From Candidatus Sumerlaeia bacterium (GTDB taxonomy: Bacteria > Sumerlaeota > Sumerlaeia > SLMS01), in the NCBI GenBank assembly GCA_038208905.1, contig JBBQYG010000024.1, positions 1 to 34,850 of the forward strand: DNA of 34,850 nt. The letters run 5' to 3'. Shown piece after piece: positions 8,610-17,994 of this stretch (its first letter is position 1; every line of letters starts with the position of its first letter). The position numbers were made by a program, and so were the translations under genes. The notes beneath the pieces were generated by a model. That model was not told the DNA's origin. It worked only from the letters and a program-made list of their open reading frames with translations, and did no database searches.

Positions 8610-9520
8610 TTCCCGACTCGCCAGAGCCCCGCCGCCCCAACTGGATGGAACGCCAGTTGGGTTTCTGCGTCGCCGTGCCGCTGGTGGCGCTCGCGCTTTT
8701 CGTGCTCAGCATCGTCAACGTCCGCATTCATGTGGAGCCGCCGCCGGAGCCGCTGAAGGTGCTCTATGAAATCGCGGAGGAAACGCCGCCCGAGCCAGAG
8801 GCACCGCCCGCCCCGGCCCAGCCAATTCCCCCCCCGCCGCCGATGGAGTTGGCCGCCACGCGCACCAATTCCGACGAGAGCGGCGTCGAAATCCTGGACC
8901 CGGTTGTGGGCGAGGATTCCCCCGCCGCGCCCAACCCACTCGCCGAACTCGCCGTGCAGCAGCCCATCGCGATCCAGGACTGGATCCCCACCACCACCGA
9001 CGTGGCCGAACTCGAGTCCATCCGGGACGAGGCCCAGCGCGACCGCATGCAGCTCGAGCGCACCGCCGGCGATATCCGCGAGTTCATCATCCGCAACGAG
9101 GTGCTGAGCGCGGCGAAGGACTTCGAGTTGAACAGCGACGGCGGCACCCAGGGCGCCATCCGCCTGCTGAACCTGGAGGGCGGCTTCCCCGAGGAGATCG
9201 TGAAGCGCGTGCTTAACCGCTATGGCGTGAAGTTCGACCATCGCTACACCAAACCCGCGGCCGGACGAAACTTCCTGAACGCCGCCCAGACGACCGGCGG
9301 CAACTTCACCAATGTGGAGAAGGAGGGCTATTTCGACGTGCTGGTGCTCTCACAAAAGGCCCTTGCCATGATGACCACGCGGGAGATCGAGGCGATGCAG
9401 CGCCGCGGCTACGATCCCGTCAACACCCGCGTCCGCAAGATCGTCTTCGGCATCGTGATGCGCAACGACGGCGAGTACGACCTGGACGTGACGGCCTTCG
9501 AGGCCGAGCGGATTCGTTAG
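8606..9520 (+). CDS. Hypothetical membrane-anchored protein (TM, Pro/Glu-rich spacer, helical segment, globular C-terminus)
   Basis: GTGA overlap with the upstream gene; host-like codon usage; one N-terminal hydrophobic helix. Confidence 0.8.
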   Translation: MIPDSPEPRRPNWMERQLGFCVAVPLVALALFVLSIVNVRIHVEPPPEPLKVLYEIAEETPPEPEAPPAPAQPIPPPPPMELAATRTNSDESGVEILDPVVGEDSPAAPNPLAELAVQQPIAIQDWIPTTTDVAELESIRDEAQRDRMQLERTAGDIREFIIRNEVLSAAKDFELNSDGGTQGAIRLLNLEGGFPEEIVKRVLNRYGVKFDHRYTKPAAGRNFLNAAQTTGGNFTNVEKEGYFDVLVLSQKALAMMTTREIEAMQRRGYDPVNTRVRKIVFGIVMRNDGEYDLDVTAFEAERIR

Positions 9521-9628
9521 TCGCTTCGCGACCCACGGTTTACATGTTTTCGATTTCCAACGTGGCCCGGCGGCGTTAGTTGTTTCCCCAATATCGAGGG
9601 AAATGCCAACAGCCGGGGAGAAACGCCC

Positions 9629-11989
9629 ATGGGGCGGGGACGGGTAATCGCGGGGATTGGGCTGGGGTGCGCATTGCTGCTGGCGGTGGCGGTGGGGCTG
9701 GCGGGGGCGTTGATCTGGTGGATGTCGGGGAGGTTTTCGCCACCAACGGCGGGGGGTCCAACGGCCGGGGTGCCTGCTCCGCAGCCACCCGCTCCCGCGC
9801 CTGTCCCCGAGCTGATGTCCCAGCCCGCCGATCCGTGGTCGCAGGCGCATGTGGCGCCGCAGGGGACACTGGCGTTCATGCCGCTGCTGACGGATGGCGT
9901 GATGACGTTCGAGGGCCGCCAGTTGGCGGTGTTCATCGCCGAGCAGTGGAACATCGCGCTGCCCGACGACGTGGCGCTGGCCAACACGCTAAGGCTGGCG
10001 AATGCGCTGGCCGACATGAGCCCCTACTCCGACACACGTTCCAAGGCGACGCCGGAGGGCGTTGCCGCCATCGTCAAATTTGCCGCCGCGACCCACTGGA
10101 TGGAGGGGACGCTGACGATGACGGACACCGAGTGGATCGTGGAGGCGACCTTTCACGCGAAGGGGGAGACGCATCAGCGCCGCTTTGCCGCGCCCAAGGG
10201 CGAGCACTTCGCGCTGGCGGCGGCCATCGCCCCGTGGACGGCGGAGCTTTCGGGGTTCGAGCTGACTCCCAAGTTCCGCGGGGAACTCGCGACGCTGCCC
10301 TATGGACCCGACGTGCGCGGAGACCTGGATCCCGTGCTGCTCGCGATGGTGGACAATCCCGACCATCCAAAATGGCGAGAGCTGATGGATGGCCCCAACG
10401 CCACCCCGCATATACGGCTCCAGTATCTGCGCGTGCTGGTGCAGAAGCGGCGCGACGAGGCGCTGTTCCGCGAATCGGATCCCGGCCCCCTCCCGCTGGA
10501 CGCCGAGCCCTGGCAGCGCAAGTCGCGGTGGTTTGTGCTGAAATCCATCGACGAGCTGCCCACCGCCCGGCACGAGGCCATGATCCTGTTGGCGCGCAAC
10601 CCCGGCCAATCGGTGGAGGCCGCGCGGCTGTTCTTCGACAGTTACCGCGGGTCGGAGCGCGACGCGGAATACATCGCGACGGCGCGCCGGTGGCACGGGA
10701 TCGCCACGCCCTCGCCGATTCACGACGCCTGGCTTGGCAACGTCTATACACTCGCCGCTTGGGCCAACCGGGGTGGGGGCTATTCCAACACCGTGTCGCA
10801 GTCGGGCGCCCAGCGCTTCGAGGAGTATCACGGGGAAGCGATCAAGCTCTTCGAGAAAGTCTTCGCGGAGGCGGGGCCGATCCCGTGGGTGGGCGAGCAG
10901 CTCTGCGACGCATACGGATCCACGGGGCAGCGCGAGAAGATGCTGGCGACGCACCGCGCCACCGTGGCCGCGTTTCCCGACTATTATCGCACGTGGGACA
11001 AGGTGCTGTGGTACAGTTTGCCGCGATGGGGCGGCAGCATCGACCAGGTGGCGGACCTGATCGACGAGGCGCTTGCCGGCAGGCCGGATAACGCGCGATT
11101 CGGGCGGCTTCCCTTCACGATATATCAGGCGGAGGCGGGCGTCCTGGGCCGCGGCAACCTGGCGGAGCAGATGGAGGCCGTGTGTGCGGCGAACCCCCGC
11201 GTGCGGCCACAGCTCGATCGCGGAATCGGCATGATGGGCGACGCCAAGGCGGGCCCCCGCGACGCCGTTCACGCGCTGGTTGCCATGATGGTTCTTCGCT
11301 ATTCGGAGGACGACATCCACGATCTCGTCCGCCGCCACCCCGACATTCACCGCTTCATCGGCAACAACCTCAACGCGGCGTGGTCTGGCCGGGCCAGCTG
11401 GGAGGCGCTGATCGCGCACGCCAACATGGGCAACTGGCGCTCTGTGGACGAGATCGTGCAGGATGCCGTGAAGAACGACCCGAGGAACCGAACTGGAAAC
11501 CGCGAGGGCCGCGTGATCATGCGCACGCCGAAGTGGGACCTGATCCTGCGCGCGTATGCGGCGATCATGAATGGCCGGGAGACGGAGGGCATGGCGCTGC
11601 TGGACCAGATTCAGAATCCCGACTTCGACCTGCTGGTGAACATCACCTTCCTGAAGCTGTATGCCGACCGCGCCGATCCCGAAGTGCGCGCGCATTGCGA
11701 CGCCGCGGCCAACGCCAAGCCCGACGATTCGGACTACGCGTATATCGCGGCCTTGGCTGCGCTCCGCGCGGGCGACCAGGAGGCGGCCCGCGCATGGGCG
11801 GAGAAGGGCGACGCGATCTACAAGACCGACCAGAGCGAATCCATCCGCCGTGAAGTCCGCCGACTCGTCCTCGGCATCGACGAACCCCGCCCCGAGGACA
11901 TCGCTCCCGCCAAAATCGACGACAACGATGAGGACCCCGCGGAGGAGGATCCCGCCGAGGAGGAAACTCCGCAGGATGGGTTCCCCTGA
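9629..11989 (+). CDS. Membrane-anchored DUF4034-type helical protein, paralogue 1
   Basis: AW..RGGGY..TVS..G..RF.E and YSLPRWGGS motifs; N-terminal TM helix; collinear with 12070-14340. Confidence 0.8.
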   Translation: MGRGRVIAGIGLGCALLLAVAVGLAGALIWWMSGRFSPPTAGGPTAGVPAPQPPAPAPVPELMSQPADPWSQAHVAPQGTLAFMPLLTDGVMTFEGRQLAVFIAEQWNIALPDDVALANTLRLANALADMSPYSDTRSKATPEGVAAIVKFAAATHWMEGTLTMTDTEWIVEATFHAKGETHQRRFAAPKGEHFALAAAIAPWTAELSGFELTPKFRGELATLPYGPDVRGDLDPVLLAMVDNPDHPKWRELMDGPNATPHIRLQYLRVLVQKRRDEALFRESDPGPLPLDAEPWQRKSRWFVLKSIDELPTARHEAMILLARNPGQSVEAARLFFDSYRGSERDAEYIATARRWHGIATPSPIHDAWLGNVYTLAAWANRGGGYSNTVSQSGAQRFEEYHGEAIKLFEKVFAEAGPIPWVGEQLCDAYGSTGQREKMLATHRATVAAFPDYYRTWDKVLWYSLPRWGGSIDQVADLIDEALAGRPDNARFGRLPFTIYQAEAGVLGRGNLAEQMEAVCAANPRVRPQLDRGIGMMGDAKAGPRDAVHALVAMMVLRYSEDDIHDLVRRHPDIHRFIGNNLNAAWSGRASWEALIAHANMGNWRSVDEIVQDAVKNDPRNRTGNREGRVIMRTPKWDLILRAYAAIMNGRETEGMALLDQIQNPDFDLLVNITFLKLYADRADPEVRAHCDAAANAKPDDSDYAYIAALAALRAGDQEAARAWAEKGDAIYKTDQSESIRREVRRLVLGIDEPRPEDIAPAKIDDNDEDPAEEDPAEEETPQDGFP

Positions 11990-12069
11990 TGGCGTAGGCA
12001 CGGCAATCCGCCTCATCGGAAGGATCGGACTGATCCCCCCACCATTCACCGCAGGGCACAGGAGCGCCC

Positions 12070-14340
12070 ATGACCAGAAAGCGAATTGCCACCAGCATTG
12101 CCATCGGTTGCACCATTGGCCTGATCGCCCTGATCGCGGGCGCTGGGCTGATCGTGTGGGCGGGTGCACGGTACTTTCCCCAGCTTGGCGATTCGCTTTC
12201 GTCGCCCGGGGGTCGTGGCGCGTCCTCGCGGGGAGAGGATCGCCCGCTCCCCCCGCCCAACGCCAAGCTGATGTCCCAGCCCGCCGATCCGTGGCGGCTT
12301 CCCACGACGCCAAGCCAGGGCACGCTGCTCGTGCTGCCCTTTGTCATGGATGGCCTGATGAACCCCGTGGGGAATGATCTGGCCGGTTTCATCATCGAGC
12401 AGTGGAGCATCCTCCTGCCCGATGGCGTCGCCATCGCCGACCCAGTCCACGTGCGCCAAACGCTGGCCTCGATGAGCCCCTACGCGGGCGACAAGGCCGT
12501 CGTGCTTCCGATGAACATCACCTCCGTCGTGGGCTATGTCGGCGCGACGCACTGGGTGGAGGGCATCGTCACGGAGGCCAACGGCGAGTGGATCGTGGAG
12601 GCCACCCTTCACGTTTCCACCGCCAAGCACGAGCGGCGATTCGCGGCGCCCGTGGGCGAGCACTACACGCTCACTGCGGAGATTTCCGGATGGATCGCTG
12701 CGGAATCGGGCTTTCAGATGACCGAGGAGGAACGCGCCGACCTGGGGAGGTTGCCGCTGGGACCCGAACTGCGCGAAGGCGGAGGAGAGACAATCCTTGC
12801 AATGCGCGCCGATGCCGATCACCCGAAGTGGGCCGAGCTGCTGGCGTCGCCCCATGCGACGGTGAACGCGAGGGTGGAACATGCGTTCGCGCTTGTTCGC
12901 AGCATCAATGACGCCGCCCGGCTCCGCGCCGCCGATCCCGGCCCGCTCCCCTCCGACGCGCCGCTGTGGCAGCGCAAGGTCCGCCGCATGATCCTAACCG
13001 CGATGGACGAGCGCGTCACCGCGCAGCACGAGGTGCTGCTGATGCTGGCGCGCCATCCCGGCCACGGCGTGGAGGCGAGGCGCTACCTGCAGGACATGCT
13101 CGGTGACGGCGAGATGCGGCTGGATTATGTGGAGGCGATGCAGCGCTGGCACCAGCGCGCGCCCGCGACGGCGATGAACGACGCGCTCTATGGCAACGCC
13201 CGCCAGAATTCCGCGTGGGACTATCGCGGAACCGGCTATGCGGAAACCGTCTCGGCGCGCGGCTGGGAGCAGTTCCGCGAAAGTAACCAGATCGCGAGCG
13301 ACATGTATCGCAAGGCCATCGCCGCGGCGGGGCCGATCCCCTCGATCGCGGCAAAGCTGGCCACCGTTTATGGCGCGGAAGGCAACCGCGCGGAGATGAT
13401 CGCCCTGCACCGCGCGACCATTGCCGCCTATCCGGACTATGGCGAGACATGGACGACGATGATCTACTACACGCTTCCCCGGTGGGGCGGCAGCGCCGAG
13501 GAGGTTGCGCTCCTGATCGACGAGGCGATGGCAAGCCGACCCGACAATTGCGCATTCGGGCACTTCCCGATGCGCATCTACTACATGGAGGCGCAGTTGA
13601 CGGGGGGACGCCTGTATGACCTGATGATCATCTACGCGAAGACAAATCCCAAGGCCAAGGAGCAGATCCTGCGCGGCATCGAGCGCATGGGCTCCGAGAA
13701 GTCCACGCTGCAATATGCCGCCAAGGCCGTCGTTGGAATCGCCATGGTGGAAGGCAACGCCGACTCTGCCATCGAGATCGTCCGCAGATGGCCGGAGGTG
13801 CATCACCAATTCTCGCTCGAAGGCGAGGAGGACTGGTATGGGATCGGGATGTTCTTCGCGCTCTATTCGCACATCAATCTGGGAAACTGGAAGGCCGTGG
13901 ACGAGCTCATGGAAGTCTCACTGAGGGACGACGCGCAGTATGAGCACGACATGAATGTGATCCACAACCGCATTGTGGGAATCCCCGGTTGGCAACCGAT
14001 CCTGGCGGCCTATGCCGATATCATGAACGGGCGCCTGGAGGCGGGCCTTGCGCGCCTCGACGCCATCGCGAATCCCGAGGCCGACATGATGTCGGCCATC
14101 ACATTCCTCAAGCTGTTCGCCGGCCGCGTGGACCCCGGGGTGCGCGAGCTCTGCGACCACGGCATTGAGACAAAGCCCGAAGACGCGGGTTACCGCTACA
14201 TCGCCGCCCTCGCCGCCCACCGCCTCGGCGACAGCGCGGCCGCGAGATCGCACATCGAGGAGGGCGAGAAGGTCTTCAAGAAGGGTCACAACGAGGGATG
14301 CCGCCGCGAGGTGCGGAAGTTGGCATTGGGGGAGGAGTAG
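12070..14340 (+). CDS. Membrane-anchored DUF4034-type helical protein, paralogue 2
   Basis: AWDYRGTGYAETVSARGWEQF and YTLPRWGGS; RBS AGGAG before ATG. Confidence 0.82.
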   Translation: MTRKRIATSIAIGCTIGLIALIAGAGLIVWAGARYFPQLGDSLSSPGGRGASSRGEDRPLPPPNAKLMSQPADPWRLPTTPSQGTLLVLPFVMDGLMNPVGNDLAGFIIEQWSILLPDGVAIADPVHVRQTLASMSPYAGDKAVVLPMNITSVVGYVGATHWVEGIVTEANGEWIVEATLHVSTAKHERRFAAPVGEHYTLTAEISGWIAAESGFQMTEEERADLGRLPLGPELREGGGETILAMRADADHPKWAELLASPHATVNARVEHAFALVRSINDAARLRAADPGPLPSDAPLWQRKVRRMILTAMDERVTAQHEVLLMLARHPGHGVEARRYLQDMLGDGEMRLDYVEAMQRWHQRAPATAMNDALYGNARQNSAWDYRGTGYAETVSARGWEQFRESNQIASDMYRKAIAAAGPIPSIAAKLATVYGAEGNRAEMIALHRATIAAYPDYGETWTTMIYYTLPRWGGSAEEVALLIDEAMASRPDNCAFGHFPMRIYYMEAQLTGGRLYDLMIIYAKTNPKAKEQILRGIERMGSEKSTLQYAAKAVVGIAMVEGNADSAIEIVRRWPEVHHQFSLEGEEDWYGIGMFFALYSHINLGNWKAVDELMEVSLRDDAQYEHDMNVIHNRIVGIPGWQPILAAYADIMNGRLEAGLARLDAIANPEADMMSAITFLKLFAGRVDPGVRELCDHGIETKPEDAGYRYIAALAAHRLGDSAAARSHIEEGEKVFKKGHNEGCRREVRKLALGEE

Positions 14341-14342
14341 GG

Positions 14343-14480
14343 GGTGTAGGGGGGATTCGGGACGTATTACCCGAGTCGGCGGTACACTGAGGAGCGTACT
14401 ACTCTCTCGTTCCGAACGGGGCGATGAGGGTCGCCTGAAAGATGAGATCGGGCGAAGAAAACATGAAGTTTCCCTATGCT
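14343..14480 (+). ncRNA. Candidate multi-stem structured RNA (unassigned)
   Basis: Closing stem 14343-14354/14469-14480 around hairpins at 14354-14377, 14381-14400, 14402-14430 and 14431-14455. Non-Watson-Crick pairs are G-U on the + strand. Hand-folded only. Confidence 0.4.
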
Positions 14481-14556
14481 TGGTGTAATTGAATGGGGTA
14501 CGCTCCCTCCCGTCGGTGCATTCTGGCGGCGAAACCCAAAACGGGCAGAGTGTGTG

Positions 14557-15447
14557 ATGGACGACCCTCGCAATCATGAGTTCGGCGGTAACTGGACCTC
14601 GCAGAAACTGGGGGTACTTGAGGCCTACTTGAAGCGCTACACGACCGCGCTGAAGGAGCAGTCGTTTCGCAAAGGATACATCGATGCATTCGCTGGCACT
14701 GGTTACCGGCAGTCCATACGTGGGTTGGAATCAGGGGCGGATAGTCTGGGCCTTGCATTCCCCGAATTGGGCTCGCAGGAGCCGCAGCAGCTACTGGAAG
14801 GATCGGCACGTATTGCACTCAAGGTTGAACCCGGCTTCGACAAGTACATCTTTATCGAGAAGCGTGCAGGGCACTGCGCTGCGCTGGAGTCACTGCGCAA
14901 CGAATTCCCCGACAAAGAGGTGGTTATCAAGCAGGGCGACGCCAATGCCGAGATTAGAGAACTGTGCCAGAAAGACTGGAAGAGGCATCGGGCAGTCCTA
15001 TTTTTGGATCCGTATGGCATGCAGGTTGAGTGGGCAACGATTGAAGCAATTGCGAGGACAAAGGCCATCGATCTTTGGATCCTTTTCCCGTTGGGGATTG
15101 GCGTGAATCGGTTGCTCAAGAATTCAGGGGACATCCCCCAAGGCTGGAGAGACTGCCTGACCCGACTATTCGGAACTGCCGAGTGGTTTGATGCGTTTTA
15201 CAAGCGGGAGGAAGCACTGACGTTGTTTGGAGAAGAAACGGAACTTGTAAAGGTTCCTATGGAAACTATAGGCCGATTCTACGTGGACCGACTCAAATCC
15301 ATTTTCGCCGGGGTAATAGAGGAGCCAGGGGTCCTTCGCAATTCGTCAAATTCCCCGCTCTATTTGCTGTGCTTCGCCGCTGCGAACCCCAAAGGCGCCA
15401 AAATAGCGGTAAGAATTGCCAAGCATCTCCTGAAGGATCTCAGATAA
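14557..15447 (+). CDS. tcmP: Three-Cys-motif partner protein (SAM-methyltransferase-like fold)
   Basis: FGG.WT..KL..L..YL, YIDAFAGTG, GSARIAL, FIE, GDAN, FLDPYGMQV.W; adjacent to DUF5131. Confidence 0.9.
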   Translation: MDDPRNHEFGGNWTSQKLGVLEAYLKRYTTALKEQSFRKGYIDAFAGTGYRQSIRGLESGADSLGLAFPELGSQEPQQLLEGSARIALKVEPGFDKYIFIEKRAGHCAALESLRNEFPDKEVVIKQGDANAEIRELCQKDWKRHRAVLFLDPYGMQVEWATIEAIARTKAIDLWILFPLGIGVNRLLKNSGDIPQGWRDCLTRLFGTAEWFDAFYKREEALTLFGEETELVKVPMETIGRFYVDRLKSIFAGVIEEPGVLRNSSNSPLYLLCFAAANPKGAKIAVRIAKHLLKDLR

Positions 15448-16178
15448 TGCCTGCTAAATCCTCGATCGAATGGACCGAGTCCACTTGGAACCCCGTCACC
15501 GGATGTTCGAAAATCAGCCCGGGCTGCAAGCACTGCTATGCGGAGCGGATGGCGGCGCGGCTGAAGGCGATGGGGCAGGCGTCGTATGCCAATGGGTTCG
15601 AGGTGACGCTGCAGAGGCACGCGCTGGAGGTGCCGCTGCGGTGGAAGAAGCCGCAGATCATCTTTGTAAATTCGATGAGCGACCTGTTCCACGACAAGGT
15701 GCCCGACGAGTATATACACGAAGTCTTCGATGTGATGAACCGGGCCGACTGGCACCAGTATCAGATATTGACGAAGAGGCCGGAGCGGGTGGCGGAACTG
15801 GACGCTTCGCTCTGCTGGGCGCCGCATATCTGGATGGGCGTGAGCGTGGAGACGGCGAAGTACAAACCCCGCATCGATCTGCTACGGAGTACGGGAGCGC
15901 ACGTGAAGTTCCTCTCGCTGGAGCCACTGCTCGGCCCACTCGGAAAGCTGAAGCTGAAGGGAATCCATTGGGCAATCGTCGGCGGGGAGTCCGGCCCGGG
16001 GGCGCGCCCGATGGAGGAGGAGTGGGTCCTGGACATTCGGGAGCAGTGCCACGCGGCCAGGATGCGCCCGGCCTTATACAAGCCGGGGGGCGGAGTGAAC
16101 AACAACCCGGCCGGGCGAATCCTGGCGGGGCGCACATGGGATGAGATGCCGAGCGCGGACGCGGTCCTTCCGGCCTAA
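15447..16178 (+). CDS. DUF5131 / phage Gp37-Gp68 family protein (three-Cys, radical-SAM-like)
   Basis: SSIEWT..TWNPVTGCSKISPGCKHCYA, FVNSMSDLFH, QILTKR, LSLEPLL, IVGGESG, GRTWDEMP; TAATG coupling to tcmP. Confidence 0.93.
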   Translation: MPAKSSIEWTESTWNPVTGCSKISPGCKHCYAERMAARLKAMGQASYANGFEVTLQRHALEVPLRWKKPQIIFVNSMSDLFHDKVPDEYIHEVFDVMNRADWHQYQILTKRPERVAELDASLCWAPHIWMGVSVETAKYKPRIDLLRSTGAHVKFLSLEPLLGPLGKLKLKGIHWAIVGGESGPGARPMEEEWVLDIREQCHAARMRPALYKPGGGVNNNPAGRILAGRTWDEMPSADAVLPA

Positions 16179-16251
16179 AGGTCTCCCTTTCCCCGCTTTT
16201 CAGAAAGACTTCAGTCTCGCTCCGAGTTTACCCTCCGGAGGTCCTTCCCCC

Positions 16252-17994
16252 ATGCGCCTGATCCTCGCCCTGCTATCGCTGCTAATTCTCGCCACGGCGG
16301 GGCGCGCGGGGGTGGTGCCGCCGGTGTTGGTGAGGAAGGAGATCGCCCGGTGGGCGGAGGCTCCGGCGGGGGTGGTGTCGGTGGTGGATGCAGGGACTTC
16401 GACGACGTTCACGCTGTTTGTGCCCGACCGCATGACGAAGGCGGCGGATGGGTCCACGACGTTGACGATGCATTTCCACGGGGCGGCGTGGTTTGTGGCT
16501 CAGGAGCATGCGCGGCGGGGGGCTCGGCATCCGTTGCTGGTGGCGAACGCGCGGGAGGGCGACGCGGCGTATGAGAACGATGTGATGCGCGAAGGCGTCT
16601 TTCGGAAGGTGTTGGCGGTGGTGGAGGAGCGGGCGAAGGCGCGGGTGGCGCGGCTGGAGGTGTCGAGTTTCAGCGGTGGGTATTCGGGCGCGCGGGGACT
16701 GCTGCGCCTGCCCGCGGTGGAGCCGATGATCGCGACGCTGATGATGAACGATTCGCTGTATATATCAGACGCAACCGATTCGATGCCGGAAGACCGGCGG
16801 CCGGACTTGGCGAAGTTGCAACCGTTCGTGGACTTCGCGAAGAAAGCGGTCGCGGGGGAGCGGACGTTCCTGATGGAGCATTCGTCGACGCCGTCGCTGC
16901 GGTCGGTGGGGCCGAAGGATTGCTCCCGCGCGATCATGGCGGCGCTGGGGATCGCTCCGCGCGATGTGGCGCCGGGATCGATCCCGGCGGCGCGGGCGAG
17001 CACGGACTTTCCCCTGATCCAGCGCGCCGACGTGGGCGGGGCGCATTTCTGGTGCTATCGCGGTGAGAACATCGCGATCCATCTGGCGCATGTGCGGAAC
17101 CAAGCCGATCACTGGCGCGCGCTGGCGGGGCAAACGCCGCTTCAGGTGGAGCCGCCGGCGATGCCGAAGCGGGCGATTCGCCCGCCGGAAGCATCCTTTG
17201 GCGGAGAGTCGGTCGAGTTCGACCTCGGCACGAGCTATACGCTGTATATACCGGCGAACTACAAGGTGCCCAAGGATGGCGCGGTGGAGCTGACCATCCA
17301 CTTCCACGGGGCGGTGTGGTTTGCGATTCAGGAGCACCTGCGCCGGGGGCTCGACGCGCCGCTGGTGGCGCTGTATGCGGGCGAGGGCTCCACGGTGTAC
17401 AAGCGGCAGTTCGAGGATGCGGCGCGGTTTGGCCAGCTTCTGCGCAAGGTGGAGGCGATGCTGAAGGAACGCGGCGGCCCGGCGGAGACGCGCGTGGCCA
17501 CGGTGGATGTGACGAGCTTCAGCGCGGGCTATGGCGCCGTGCGCGAGATCGTGAAGGTGCCGGAGAACGTGGCGGTGCTGCGGCGGGTGATCATGGCGGA
17601 TTCGCTCTATGGCAGCCTGGACGAGGCGGAGCTGGCGAAGGGAAACCGGGTGGTGGTACCGGAGCACGTGGCGCCGTGGGCGGACTTCGCCCGGCACGCG
17701 GTCAAGGGCGGGAAGACCCTTGTCCTGACGTATAGCGATATACACACGCCCAGCTACGCCAGCACGCGGGAGGTCTCCACCGCCGTGGTCGCCGCGCTGG
17801 GCCTGAAGTCCGCGCCGGTCGAGCGCGGCAGCATCCCCGGAGCCACCGATCCCGACTACCCGCTGATGCTGCGCGCCGACGCGGGCTCCTTCCACGCCTG
17901 GGGCTACGAAGGGAAGGACGCCGTGGTCCACATGACGCTGGCGCGGCACATCGCGGAGGTCTGGGAGGCGCTGGATCGGGGAGGGGAACCCTGA
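16252..17994 (+). CDS. Secreted protein with two tandem alpha/beta-hydrolase-like domains
   Basis: Signal peptide; duplicated motifs HFHGA.WF..QEH.RRG, SFS(G/A)GY, DSLY, D(F/Y)PL..RAD.G..H.W.Y.G....H. Confidence 0.78.
   Translation: MRLILALLSLLILATAGRAGVVPPVLVRKEIARWAEAPAGVVSVVDAGTSTTFTLFVPDRMTKAADGSTTLTMHFHGAAWFVAQEHARRGARHPLLVANAREGDAAYENDVMREGVFRKVLAVVEERAKARVARLEVSSFSGGYSGARGLLRLPAVEPMIATLMMNDSLYISDATDSMPEDRRPDLAKLQPFVDFAKKAVAGERTFLMEHSSTPSLRSVGPKDCSRAIMAALGIAPRDVAPGSIPAARASTDFPLIQRADVGGAHFWCYRGENIAIHLAHVRNQADHWRALAGQTPLQVEPPAMPKRAIRPPEASFGGESVEFDLGTSYTLYIPANYKVPKDGAVELTIHFHGAVWFAIQEHLRRGLDAPLVALYAGEGSTVYKRQFEDAARFGQLLRKVEAMLKERGGPAETRVATVDVTSFSAGYGAVREIVKVPENVAVLRRVIMADSLYGSLDEAELAKGNRVVVPEHVAPWADFARHAVKGGKTLVLTYSDIHTPSYASTREVSTAVVAALGLKSAPVERGSIPGATDPDYPLMLRADAGSFHAWGYEGKDAVVHMTLARHIAEVWEALDRGGEP

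Noticed and set aside
14387-14417. Hammerhead ribozyme (CTGAGGA ... GAA)
   Set aside because: No stem II directly followed by GAAA, and no matching stems I and III.
14341-14420. tRNA or integration-site remnant (GGGGTGTAG start)
   Set aside because: No T-loop GTTCRA, anticodon arm or CCA end.
14360-14446. SAM-I riboswitch, suggested by CTGAAAGATGAG upstream of SAM-using genes
   Set aside because: The other core motifs (AUC-AGAG, GCAACC, GGUGC) are absent.
14343-16178. Retron or diversity-generating retroelement
   Set aside because: No reverse transcriptase and no template/variable repeat pair in the window.
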